Assembly (NCBI GenBank): GCA_964270895.1
Contig: OZ185436.1
Source: Podarcis filfolensis
Lineage: Eukaryota
Strand: one strand, 5' to 3'
DNA: 64,000 nucleotides
A model generated the notes under the pieces. That model had not been told where the DNA came from, searched no databases, and saw only the letters and a program-made list of their open reading frames with translations. The position numbers and the translations under genes are program-made. Below, one piece after another: positions 26,877 through 36,698 of this stretch; positions within the stretch are counted from its first letter, which is position 1; each line of letters opens with the position of its first letter.

Positions 26877-27759
26877 GTAGATACGAAGAATTCAATCTAG
26901 GGAAAAGGTTCCTCATTAAAAGCAAACCCAGAACAAGGTGCTTTTAAGGGGCAGGCAGTGTGTCTAGTAATACCAAGCAGTTTTGTTAAGCTGATTCAAG
27001 CAGAAGACTGACTCTTACAGTTTCTGACACTTACGTGGCTGACTGCACATATCCAAAAGGGCGAGGTGGTCATCTGGAGCAGGGCTTGTGACCTCTGTAA
27101 AGGGAGCAATTGCTTCAGTTTTTAGCCATGCTATGACTTGTTCCAAGAAGCCTAGAAGTAAGTTGAAAATTATGGGCTCGGGAACCTACTTTCCAAATTA
27201 ATATTAGAAGCAGTAGCTGACTAAAGCAGTTAAAAAGTAAGAAATGGCCCCCTCTTTGGTCCAGCAAGGGCACTCTTTCTTCTCCAGAAATAAAAACAGG
27301 CTTGCTTATATAGCAAATGTTTATTCTCTGAAAGTCAAAGCCATTACACAATCTTGTATTCCACAGCAGTTTTCTTTAGGGGGATGGTACTCTCTGCTAC
27401 AAGTTACTGTCTCTACTACTGAGCAGGCTGTAGTCATCTGGGATGTGTAAAGAGCATTCAATTCTTTTTTGTCAAAAGATGGTTGCTTCTGTTGTGCATA
27501 ATAAATGGATTCTGGGACGGTCAGACTAGAATTGTTAGAAGAAAAGGCCTCCATAATTTCTAGTGGAGATGAAAGAAATTAAGAATAAACCACAGTAGTC
27601 CATCCAAGGGAGATGAAGAGAATTCCTCTGTGCTTTTCAGTGAGGAGATGCTTTGTAAATATATATTGTCTTCCCTCTCCCTCCCACAGTGGATATGGGG
27701 TTTGACCCCACTCCTTCCCCACTCTCCACCTTGGCTGCATCCTTCCTGTGGATTGCTTC

Positions 27760-29307
27760 CTATCCATCTGCCGGTGTCTGTTCTCGTTCCTCATAGGACA
27801 TGATGAGAGGATCTGAAAAGACTGAGCTGATTGATTCACTGTCCAGCTTGAGCTGTAAGAGTCTGGGGCTTTTAGCTTCTGGAAAGTCCTCGCTGATGGC
27901 CAACCTGACCTTGCCATTCTGGGCTTCCTTGATGGGCTCTAGGAAAACAACATGCTTGTTTGCACTGATCTTGCGATTTGGCCCATCTGTGGCTGGCGGG
28001 GTGGTACTAAGGATGGACGATTGGGCGCTGCAGTCTGGAGGGGGGCTTGCGGGCTTCTTGAAGCACTTGGAGCAGCGACATGGTGTGAGGTACAAGTACA
28101 TGAGGACAAGTACCAGAGTTACAACACACCCTAAGAGGGTTGTGAGGCCGGTATTGAAAGACTCGGGTGGTTTGGGGTATTGAAATGTGATGTTGACTTC
28201 AAACGTCTGGTTGATCTGTTGGAGCTCGTTGATGGCTATGCACACATAAACGCCGGAATGGGAACGGTTACCCTTTCTGATCAATAGGCTTCCATTTCTG
28301 AAAGGTTGATGCTCCTGATTACTGTGCTCAGGGTACATGAATAATTCATGTCTAGGAGAGATCCATCTGTAGTTTGTGGCATTGTCATTATGGAGGCTCG
28401 TGTTGCAGTCTATTACCAAGGATTCTCCCACTTGGCAGAGGATTTGGGGAATGTCAAATTGGTTCCAGGAGCAATCTCCAATATACTTGTTGTAATTGAA
28501 GGTGTTGACTAAGGAACGTGGCACATTGGGGAAAGCTTTGCAGGTGTGCTCCTCTACAAAATCCTCCGCAGAACTGAAACCGCGGTGCTTCCATTCCTGG
28601 AGCATCAGATGAAGAGAGCAGTCACATATCACAGGGTTGTTGTGAAGGTACAAACCATTTTTTATGTACCCAGGCAAAGTTGCTATTACTTGAACTGGAA
28701 TGCTGCTTAGGTTGTTAGCAGACAGATCCAGGGTTCTCAGGTATGGGTGTTCAAGTCTTTGAATGGACTCAAATGGAAATTTTGTTAGCCTGTTCCAACT
28801 CAGGTAGACTTTTTGCAATCTGATTAACTTGACAAAAGCATTTTGATCGACTTGTACAATCTTGTTGTTGTATAGCAAGAGCTCCTCCAACTTCACAAGG
28901 CCATCAAAGTAATACTTCTCCACAGTGCTCAGGTAGTTGGAAGACATGTCCAGGTGTACAATGTAAGTGGCATTGTGGAACACTTGCCGGGTGATATTGT
29001 GGATCTTGTTGTGGCTGATCCTGAGGGTCTGGAGACGTGGTAAGGCAGCCAGCCAGTAGTCATTAAGCTGAGTAATGTTATTGTAGCTGAGGTCCAAGGT
29101 AGTGGCTGTGGGAAGCAGGGTGCTGGGGACCTGTTCAAGATCCTTCTTGGCACAACTCATGAGATCAGCAGTACAAATGCAAACTTCAGGACATCTTCTG
29201 AGAGTGCAGTTGTTTAAGGTGCTGACTTGAATGCACAGGACAAAGAAAACTAACAGCTTTCCAAGCAGTTTCCAAATAAATAAAGCCAAGGTCAGTACAT
29301 TCATCAT
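27760..29307 (-). CDS. AMIGO3: AMIGO3, amphoterin-induced LRR/Ig type I membrane adhesion protein, 515 aa, single coding exon
   Basis: Signal peptide, LRRNT (CPEVCICTADLMSC), LRRs, LRRCT (NPVICDC), Ig domain, TM (GLTTLLGCVVTLVLVLMYLYL), TPCRC, HVVFLEP and SVFSD motifs. ORF track starts at GTG 29319; first ATG is 29307. Paralog assigned from position inside RNF123 next to GMPPB. Confidence 0.93.
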   Translation of the reverse strand: MMNVLTLALFIWKLLGKLLVFFVLCIQVSTLNNCTLRRCPEVCICTADLMSCAKKDLEQVPSTLLPTATTLDLSYNNITQLNDYWLAALPRLQTLRISHNKIHNITRQVFHNATYIVHLDMSSNYLSTVEKYYFDGLVKLEELLLYNNKIVQVDQNAFVKLIRLQKVYLSWNRLTKFPFESIQRLEHPYLRTLDLSANNLSSIPVQVIATLPGYIKNGLYLHNNPVICDCSLHLMLQEWKHRGFSSAEDFVEEHTCKAFPNVPRSLVNTFNYNKYIGDCSWNQFDIPQILCQVGESLVIDCNTSLHNDNATNYRWISPRHELFMYPEHSNQEHQPFRNGSLLIRKGNRSHSGVYVCIAINELQQINQTFEVNITFQYPKPPESFNTGLTTLLGCVVTLVLVLMYLYLTPCRCSKCFKKPASPPPDCSAQSSILSTTPPATDGPNRKISANKHVVFLEPIKEAQNGKVRLAISEDFPEAKSPRLLQLKLDSESISSVFSDPLIMSYEEREQTPADG

Positions 29308-31654
29308 GTAACAGCTCACCCTGGTTTGTCACTAGCATGGAAATAAGTTCTCAAAGTCAAATTCACACTGAGTATAATCCTCTTGCAAGACACTGATGTG
29401 TGAAAGGGCAACAGTAGAATGAATCGGTAAAATCAGATGGTGCCTAAAGACTCTGAATTATGCTCCTTAAAATATTGGGTTGTCTCACTCAGAATAAACA
29501 GGCATTTAAGAAATATGCTGTAATCAAAGGCCAGCATGTAACTGCTGTTCTGCATGTCTCTCTTGGTAGTTGTAGAAACTGGCAGGAGTCTGTGTGCAGG
29601 TATTGCCTCAAATAATTTCAAAAATAAGGAATGTCTATATAGATCATCTTGAGCTCTGATTCAAAAGCCTTGAGCATGTTTACAGGATTTGCCTCTAAAG
29701 TGTCCCTCTCCAAATAACCCAACCTTGCATCTATTTGAGGCTGCTCCTTCAGTAACATTGGTCCAGGGAGAAGCTGGATCCATTTTTTTTTTGCTTTGCC
29801 AAGTCAAATGTCCTTAGATCCCAAAGTTTCCATTAGTGGATCCTTATCTTGAGGCTAAGCAACTCCAGTACAGATTCATCATAAAAGGGCCAATACGAGC
29901 CCATTTCTTCACCTCTGTAATCTCATATAGAAACGCCAAAGAAAGCAGCTCTTACCCGGATATCTTCCTTTCTGGGTTATATTGAGCAGCATCACTCTTT
30001 CCTGCCGGTTGTTTCATCTTTCAGCCGACAGCACTGTATGCAAACACTTTCATCCTCTTCTGCTCCTATTTACAAGCTGCCTGTGAACACTGAAGGGTAA
30101 GCTTTGTGGACCAAGAAGAAATCCTATTGGCTTGTGTAAGAGGGAGTGGTGATAAGAAGAGAGGGGAAGGGGAGGACAGTAGTGAAGGGTTTTTTTTTCT
30201 GAATGGCATGTAGTTTCTTTGTTATGCCATGTGGGGGCAGAAAAATCTTGCACAGCTATCCTTGGACTGGGTATCAGAGTGGCACATGAGAGCTGCAGCA
30301 ATTTGCGCCAGCAGCACTATTACAAGGGGAGATAAAGAAGCAGGCTTAGTAAAAGGAGGGGGTGGGTCTTGCGAAGCAGCCCAAGTACCTCTGCTGTTTA
30401 CAGTTTCTCAGTGCATCTATGTAAGTCTTTGCAATTTTGTAATCTTTGGTTCTTGGTTGAATTATTATTATTTTTTTAGGGGTAGGCATGGAAGAATAGA
30501 TCACACCGTAGCACTAAAGGACCACAACCAAGATTGTGACCCTATTGTTCTGGATAGTTTGCCCCCAATAGTTAGTCATTTTTGTCTGTCTAGAACTTCA
30601 CACATTATATTTGTGATACAGGTGATCGTAGTTTCTTTGTGACCTTCATGACAACTTCTGTGATTAGGCCTCTTAACTAAAAATATAATTTCAAAAAAAC
30701 CTTATGTCAGCATCACAGACTTTCAGTGTATGCACACCTGAAAGCTTGTATTTTAATACCCAAAGCACAGCATAATGTATAAATACACATTCATACTAGA
30801 ATGTAGATTTTGGCTGAAGCTTAGGAGAACCTTCTGAATGGTAATAGCCATTCAGCAATGGAACAGACTAACAAAGGTGGAGGTAACTAAGCAGAGACTG
30901 GATAGTTATCTGCCAAAGATGCAGATATTGTATTGACCAACCAGCAACAGCTACCGGGGCTGTGAAAGCAGCTTCCTAGCAGCAGCATTGCTGCTGCTTC
31001 CCACAACAGGGCAGGGCAGTGGCAAGCTTGGGACTCTCTGTCCCAGTCAGCAGCAGTGCTGCCTCCGTCAGGAGGCTGTGTCCACCCTGCCAGCCACTTC
31101 AGCTTCCAACTCCTTCATTCTGTGAAAGCTGATTGAGCTTGAGGCTTCTGTTTTCATTGCGACTGGTGTGTTTGAGTCTTTCAGCCTTTTGAAGTTTACA
31201 AGTGACTCCCCTGGCACAGTTCTGAAATTTTCCTCACTGTGGTCCTCCCCAGGATATGGTGTCCTCAGGGAAGGCTTATGGCTGGAGGCAGTGACATCCT
31301 TTCTGTTGCTATGCCAGATTATCACCTCGCTCTGTTTCTCCAACCTTCATCCTTTGTTGTTACCTTGGCTTTAGTGAATTCGTACAAGCAGTGTACAGCC
31401 TCATTATCCTTGCAGTATGCTTCTGTAGTGGTATACAACCACACTTTCTGTCACTGCCAAATCCCTGATAGCAGTAGAGTGTTCGGCTTTGAATTCGATC
31501 AGTGCTATCTTTACACTTTGGGGTGAAGTCATGCATTATAATTTGCTTGGCTGTACTAGATCAAACAGACCTGTTCCATGCCATCACAGGTCCTTTTGGT
31601 TATCCAGCTTTTCAGTTTATCTCATTTTTCACTTTTTCTGCATAAGGAAACTGA

Positions 31655-31800
31655 TCATAGAATCATAGAGTTGGAAGGGACCCCTGAGGAAGGATGATCT
31701 AGGCCACTCCCTGCAGTGCAGGACTATGCAACTGTACTGTAGGGGAATCAAACCTACAACCCTGGTGTTATCAACACTGTGCTCTAAACAACTTAGCTAT
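31655..31800 (-). mobile_element. SINE with tRNA(Ile)-like head and CR1-derived tail
   Basis: Minus strand reads ATAGCTAAGTTGTTTAGAGCACAGTGTTGATAACACCAGGGTTGTAGGTTTGATTCCC...CCCTTCCAACTCTATGATTCTATGAT. Confidence 0.75.
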
Positions 31801-31822
31801 ACAGCAAATCATTGTCCTTGAG

Positions 31823-31953
31823 CAGATGTGCAGAACCTTTGGCCCTCCAGATGTTGCTGAACTACAACTCGCATCATCCCTGGCCATGCTTGCTGAGGAT
31901 GATGGGAATTGTAGTTCAGCAATATCTGGAGGGCCAAAGATTCCTCACACCTA
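31823..31953. mobile_element. Palindromic hAT-type MITE (same core family)
   Basis: Arms CCTTTGGCCCTCCAGATGTTGCTGAACTACAA / TTGTAGTTCAGCAATATCTGGAGGGCCAAAG; no TSD match. Confidence 0.75.
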
Positions 31954-32728
31954 GGTTTACCATATTTCAAAAAGCGAAAATCCGGGCACAAAAGTTGAGC
32001 AACATTCAAAATGCCAGCATTAAAAAAAAGTTGGCTCTCCATTCAGATTTTGCCCCTTCTCTCCAATTTCATTTTCTGTGTGTGCTGATGCAATTATTAT
32101 TGGCTGCTTATTGTGTGGATGATCTTGCTAAGGTGTTAGCAAGTGTTGTTCCTGTGGAGGAAGCAAATGTGTGTGTGAGAGAGAGGGAGGGAAGAAGAGG
32201 GAGAATGAGAGAATTCTCAAGGGCAGATGCATAGATTTCAGAAGCCAGATCAAACTCCCTACAACCATTGTCTTTTTTTAGTCTGTGCTGTATGTCAGTA
32301 TCTACATAATTGGTGAGGCACAAGTTATTGATTTACCTCCCTTCATCCCCATTTACATATTTGACATTTGTTGAGGCTTTTATACTTTTAGTATTGATTT
32401 ACTTGGCCATCTTGGATTTTCATCACTTCACTCACCTGTGGCTGAACCAATAGTGTGACCTCAACTTGCATCCTTTGAACTGGAGGCTGCATTGGTGCCA
32501 TCAGCCATCAGGTGAGACTGTTGGGCTGGAGAGAGGTCCAACTGCAATAAGCGATCTCTGATCAAAGCAGAGGCAGAGGTGACTGAGATTTGTCCAGTAA
32601 TTCCAACTCTGTAGAAACACAGTTTGCTCTCCTCAGTGGACAGAGGGCAAGAGAGAGACTGCATGCCATTGACTTACCCTTTGCCCCTAAGCAGATGCTC
32701 AAAGTTGACCAGGCATGTCTGTAGAGTA

Positions 32729-33613
32729 CCGTATTTTTTGCACCATAGGGCGCACTGGACCATAGGGCGCACCCAGTTTTTAGGGGGGGGGGGAATCAAG
32801 AAAAAAAATCTTTTTTTCCCCCAGCCCCAAAGAGCAGCGTACAGGCTACGCACAACCTCTCCCCCTGCCAGAGGGGTTGCACGCGGCTATGGCACAAGCC
32901 AAGGCAGCGAGCAGGATGGATCCCGCTCACTGTTTTGGCTTCCTCTTTAGCCCCGCGCAACCTCTCCTTGCCGGGAGACGCTGCGCAGGGCTAAAGAATC
33001 CATAGCCCCGTGCAGCCTCTCCTTGCCGGAGGGGTTGCGCGCAGCTATGGAACAATCCAAGGCAGCGAGCGGGATGGATGCCGCTCGCTGTTTTGGCTTC
33101 CCCTTTAGCCCTGTGCAGCCTCTCCTTGCCGGGAGACGCTGCGCAGGGCTTTCCTGGCTTTACTGGGAGGTGTGGGGATTCCCTCACCTCTCCCAAAAGC
33201 CCGCAGAAGCCGCGCAACCCCTTTAAAGAGATAACGGCTTTTCCTGGCTTTTCCTCCCGCAAAACCGGCAGAAGCCGCGCGCACTTTAAAAGGGCTGCAC
33301 GGCTTCTCCTGGCTTTCCTGGGAGGTGGGTGGATTCCCTCACCTCTCGCAAAAGCCCGCAGAAGCCGCGCAACCCCTTTAAAGGGATAGCGGCTTCTCCT
33401 GGCTTTTCTGGGAGGTGGGAGAAGGGACTGATGCAGCCAGTCAGTCCCTTCTCCCTCCTGTGGAAAAGCCCGCAAGAGCGCACGGAGCTTGTGTGCGGCT
33501 CTTGGGGGCTTTTCCCGCCTGCCTCCCCCCTGCATTCGCTCCATAGGACGCACACACATTTCCCCTTGCTTTTTAGGAGGGAAAAACTGTGTCCTATGGT
33601 GCGAAAAATACGG
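32729..33613. mobile_element. 885-bp non-autonomous Tc1/mariner (Tc2-like) DNA element with GC-rich internal repeats
   Basis: TA TSD both sides (32727-32728, 33614-33615); TIRs CCGTATTTTTTGCACCATAGG / CCTATGGTGCGAAAAATACGG; internal ~160-bp and ~90-bp repeats. Confidence 0.9.
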
Positions 33614-34661
33614 TAATTGCTGGGGCAGAGAGAGCAGCAGCTAGAGGGCAATTTCCTGGGAGATCCAGTCTGCTTTATTTGAGGAAAGTGAAAATCAAAG
33701 CAGAATAATTGGTTTCCATTAGTACAGCAAATGACTAATTTGGCTGCAGCAGCTGCAGGACGTAGTGGGTGCTTAACCCTCTATTTTTACAAGTTGCAAG
33801 GGAGATGTTTTGGGGAAAATATTTGCCAGATGCTTCCCTATGTAAAGTTGCTTGCATGTTTTTGTGCAGCTGCTTTTAAATGTGCAATCAGAGATCCCTG
33901 CTGCATATCTTAAGTGACCCCTTATTGCTGAGTGGCCCTGTCTCCCCTCCTCCTAGCTTATTCCTCTGTCTCTTCCAGAGGTAAAATACTCCTGAATCAG
34001 AGTGGCCATGTGTTCTGTTTACAGAAGGCCAGCCTCTATTTGAAGTCATCCTCCATTTAAAGGGCTCTCAATTCAAAGTCTAATTTAAAGATAAAGAACC
34101 ATGAAAGAGGAGAGCAGGAGAGGCCTTGATGTTGCCCACCAGCAGTTAGCATGTGGACAGCAGACTGAGCAGGCACACAAGTCCTTCTCCTCTCCATTAT
34201 GGTGAGATTAGGGGTATTATACTGGCATCCCCCAACTTACGTGTGTTCTACTTGTGTGTGACTGTGTATATGTGCAGCACAAGAAAGTAATCAAGTCATG
34301 CAATTCATACCCAGAAGTGGCAGGAGAGAGCTGGAGAGTCCTCTCAGCTCGTGAGGAAGCCCCAAAGAGACCAGAGGCACAGCAGGGCTCAGCTTCCCCA
34401 CTTAACAGCTGGTGTGTGGGGTAGTGCAGCAGCAGCAGCTTTCCCATGCATCCTCCTGCTTCCTGCCGGCCCCAGAGCTTCAGTTCTTTGGAATACGTGC
34501 AGTATTTTTGGTATGAATTAAAGAGAAAGCATTTAAAGGATTTTTAGAGGGTGCTTCCCTCTTTACACAATTTCACTTACGGGTGCAGGGGCCTGGGATA
34601 TAACCCCTGCATAAGTAGGAAGCTCTGTATGTCTGTTTAAATTTTAGTAACTCTTTCTGAT

Positions 34662-34664
<3 letters not shown>

Positions 34665-34700
<36 letters not shown>
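34665..34700. repeat. (AAT)12 microsatellite
   Basis: Read directly. Confidence 0.95.
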
Positions 34701-34704
<4 letters not shown>

Positions 34705-36524
34705 GTATGTATATGTTGCAGCTATACATATAAATTAGTACATGTGATTTTTATGCAAGTCTTTTTCTTTGAAACATTAATCTTACTTGTAATGCAAGAT
34801 TGGCTTTCTTTTGGTGAAGCTGGGACCATTTTTTTAAAAAAAATACTTTAAATTCATTTTCAAATATAGGGATGCACTCTGATGTATTCATTTTCTCTGT
34901 AACAATAGTACAATTAAGATGTATCCTACATTTAAACTGATGGGAAAATAACATACCTTCCTCCCCCCAACAGAAAACTAACAAAAATTTATGTGTGTGA
35001 GCCAAAAAATGAAAGGTGTAGCATCTAATTCATGTGAAGTAAGAACCCTGAGGAAACAGTGCATTCATTCACAACCACTACATATGCTAAAGGGACCATA
35101 TTTTAAAGGTCTAAATAGTTCTAAATGCATGTGGTTGGGAACCAACACACTCTGCTTTTAAGTGATATGCATCAATTTTAAGTGATCTGCATAAAGCTGG
35201 TGTGGCAAGTGCATGGTAAATTGACTGCATCCAAGCAAGTGCCCTAAACTTATTCCGAATTGCCAAATGAGTTGAATGCTTCTAATGCAAAGATGTTGGG
35301 TTAATCAAAGACCTTTGAGTGCATTACTCTAGCTTGTATATGGGGTTGCCATTTAATGGCCAGTGTTTTTCCACTCTCAGCAAGATTCAGTAGCGACTGC
35401 TGCATTTTTATAAGATAAGTTCAGGGTGTGTGAGATAATTCCTTTTCATTGTTAAAAAAGGAGATATTTTCTTGGTAACTTTCCATGGTGACATTACTAT
35501 TGGCTGTTAGACATGCCTTGAGCTGTGCGCCTGACAAATTACTGAACGACCGTGTTTCTCAAGGCTCCGATTTAGGCCTGATGTAGTCTGCATTTGAAAT
35601 CTGTAAGAACTATGTTACTTTTGTTTTGCAACCCAAAATGTAATGACCTTGAGCTGTCTTGCTCATCTTTGCCGTTGGAACAATAGGACTGTACTGACAC
35701 ATCTCTTAAAGGTGACAAGTTTTCTTGAAGGTCAAGGTCTGAAAAGGGAAAGGAAGTGAACTTTGCAGCCAAGACAGATGGCTTCTTAGGTGTTAATGGG
35801 GCAGGCTTCTTCGTCATTTCTGCAGTCCTATCCAGTAGAAATTAGACTGGCACTCTGTCACTTCTACAAGACTCCCTTTTCCCTCTTAACTTCAGAGTTG
35901 TGCCTAATCCCACTGATCATATGACTCCAGCAGTATATTAAGGCAGTGTACTCTTATTCCAGAAGTGAGGAATCTTTTTCAGCCTGAGGGCCACATTCCT
36001 TTCTGGAAAACCTTCTGAAGGCCCACATGCCAGTGATGGGTAGGGATGGGGCAAAAATGGACAGAGCAATGAATGTGTTTGCGCCCTTTTTACAGTAGGC
36101 TACTTTCTACAGACACACACAACCCTCTCTGTCCCCCATCCAGACAAGTTAAGAGGCATTATCAGAGTACAAGGACACATTCCAGCCAGGCAAAAACACT
36201 CTGAGTGAGGGGGTAGCCTGGGGAGAATTCTTGGGGACAGAGAGAGCAGCCTGGACTAGGGCTGTGTTTGACTCTTAGACCTGAGATTCCCTGCCTCTGT
36301 TCTATGCCATTGGTCTTCAACTCATGAGCCACAACTGGGTCTGACAGAAGGTGGGTCACGCCAATGGTAACTAAGAGACAGGCTGCAAATGGATTTTAAA
36401 AGGAGGTTCCCCTTTCTTCAGGTTGAAATGAAAGGTCTCTCCTGCATCTGAAAAAGGAAAGGCTACTCTGGACAGACGGTACTTTTCATGAAAATGTTGA
36501 ATGAAAGAGAGTGATACGGTAACT

Positions 36525-36698
36525 TAGGGCTGCCATAGGGCTGGGATTTTCCCAGACATTACTGGAATTTCAAAGGTGGAATTGATGTCTGAAAGGAGGT
36601 ACTTTGTCCTGGATCTTAGGCATGTCAATTGAAACAAAAAGCAACTCATCAACTTTCAGGGTGTCCTGGTTTTTACTTTTTGAAATATGGCAATCCTA
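36525..36698. mobile_element. hAT (Blackjack-like) MITE
   Basis: TIRs TAGGGCTGCCATA / TATGGCAATCCTA (11/13); TSD cggtaact/atgtaact (6/8). Confidence 0.7.

Noticed and set aside
27800-28183. 127-aa plus-strand ORF
   Set aside because: Antisense shadow of the AMIGO3 CDS, with no recognisable motifs.
29308-29319. AMIGO3 start at 29319 as in the ORF track
   Set aside because: That codon is GTG; the first ATG is at 29307.
32927-33651. 210-aa and overlapping ORFs
   Set aside because: They arise from GC-rich internal repeats of the Tc2-like element; no DDE/D transposase motif.
33979-33980. 2-nt microexon (cag|AG|gtaaaa)
   Set aside because: It would frameshift RNF123, whose flanking exons already join in phase; kept only as a possible recursive site.
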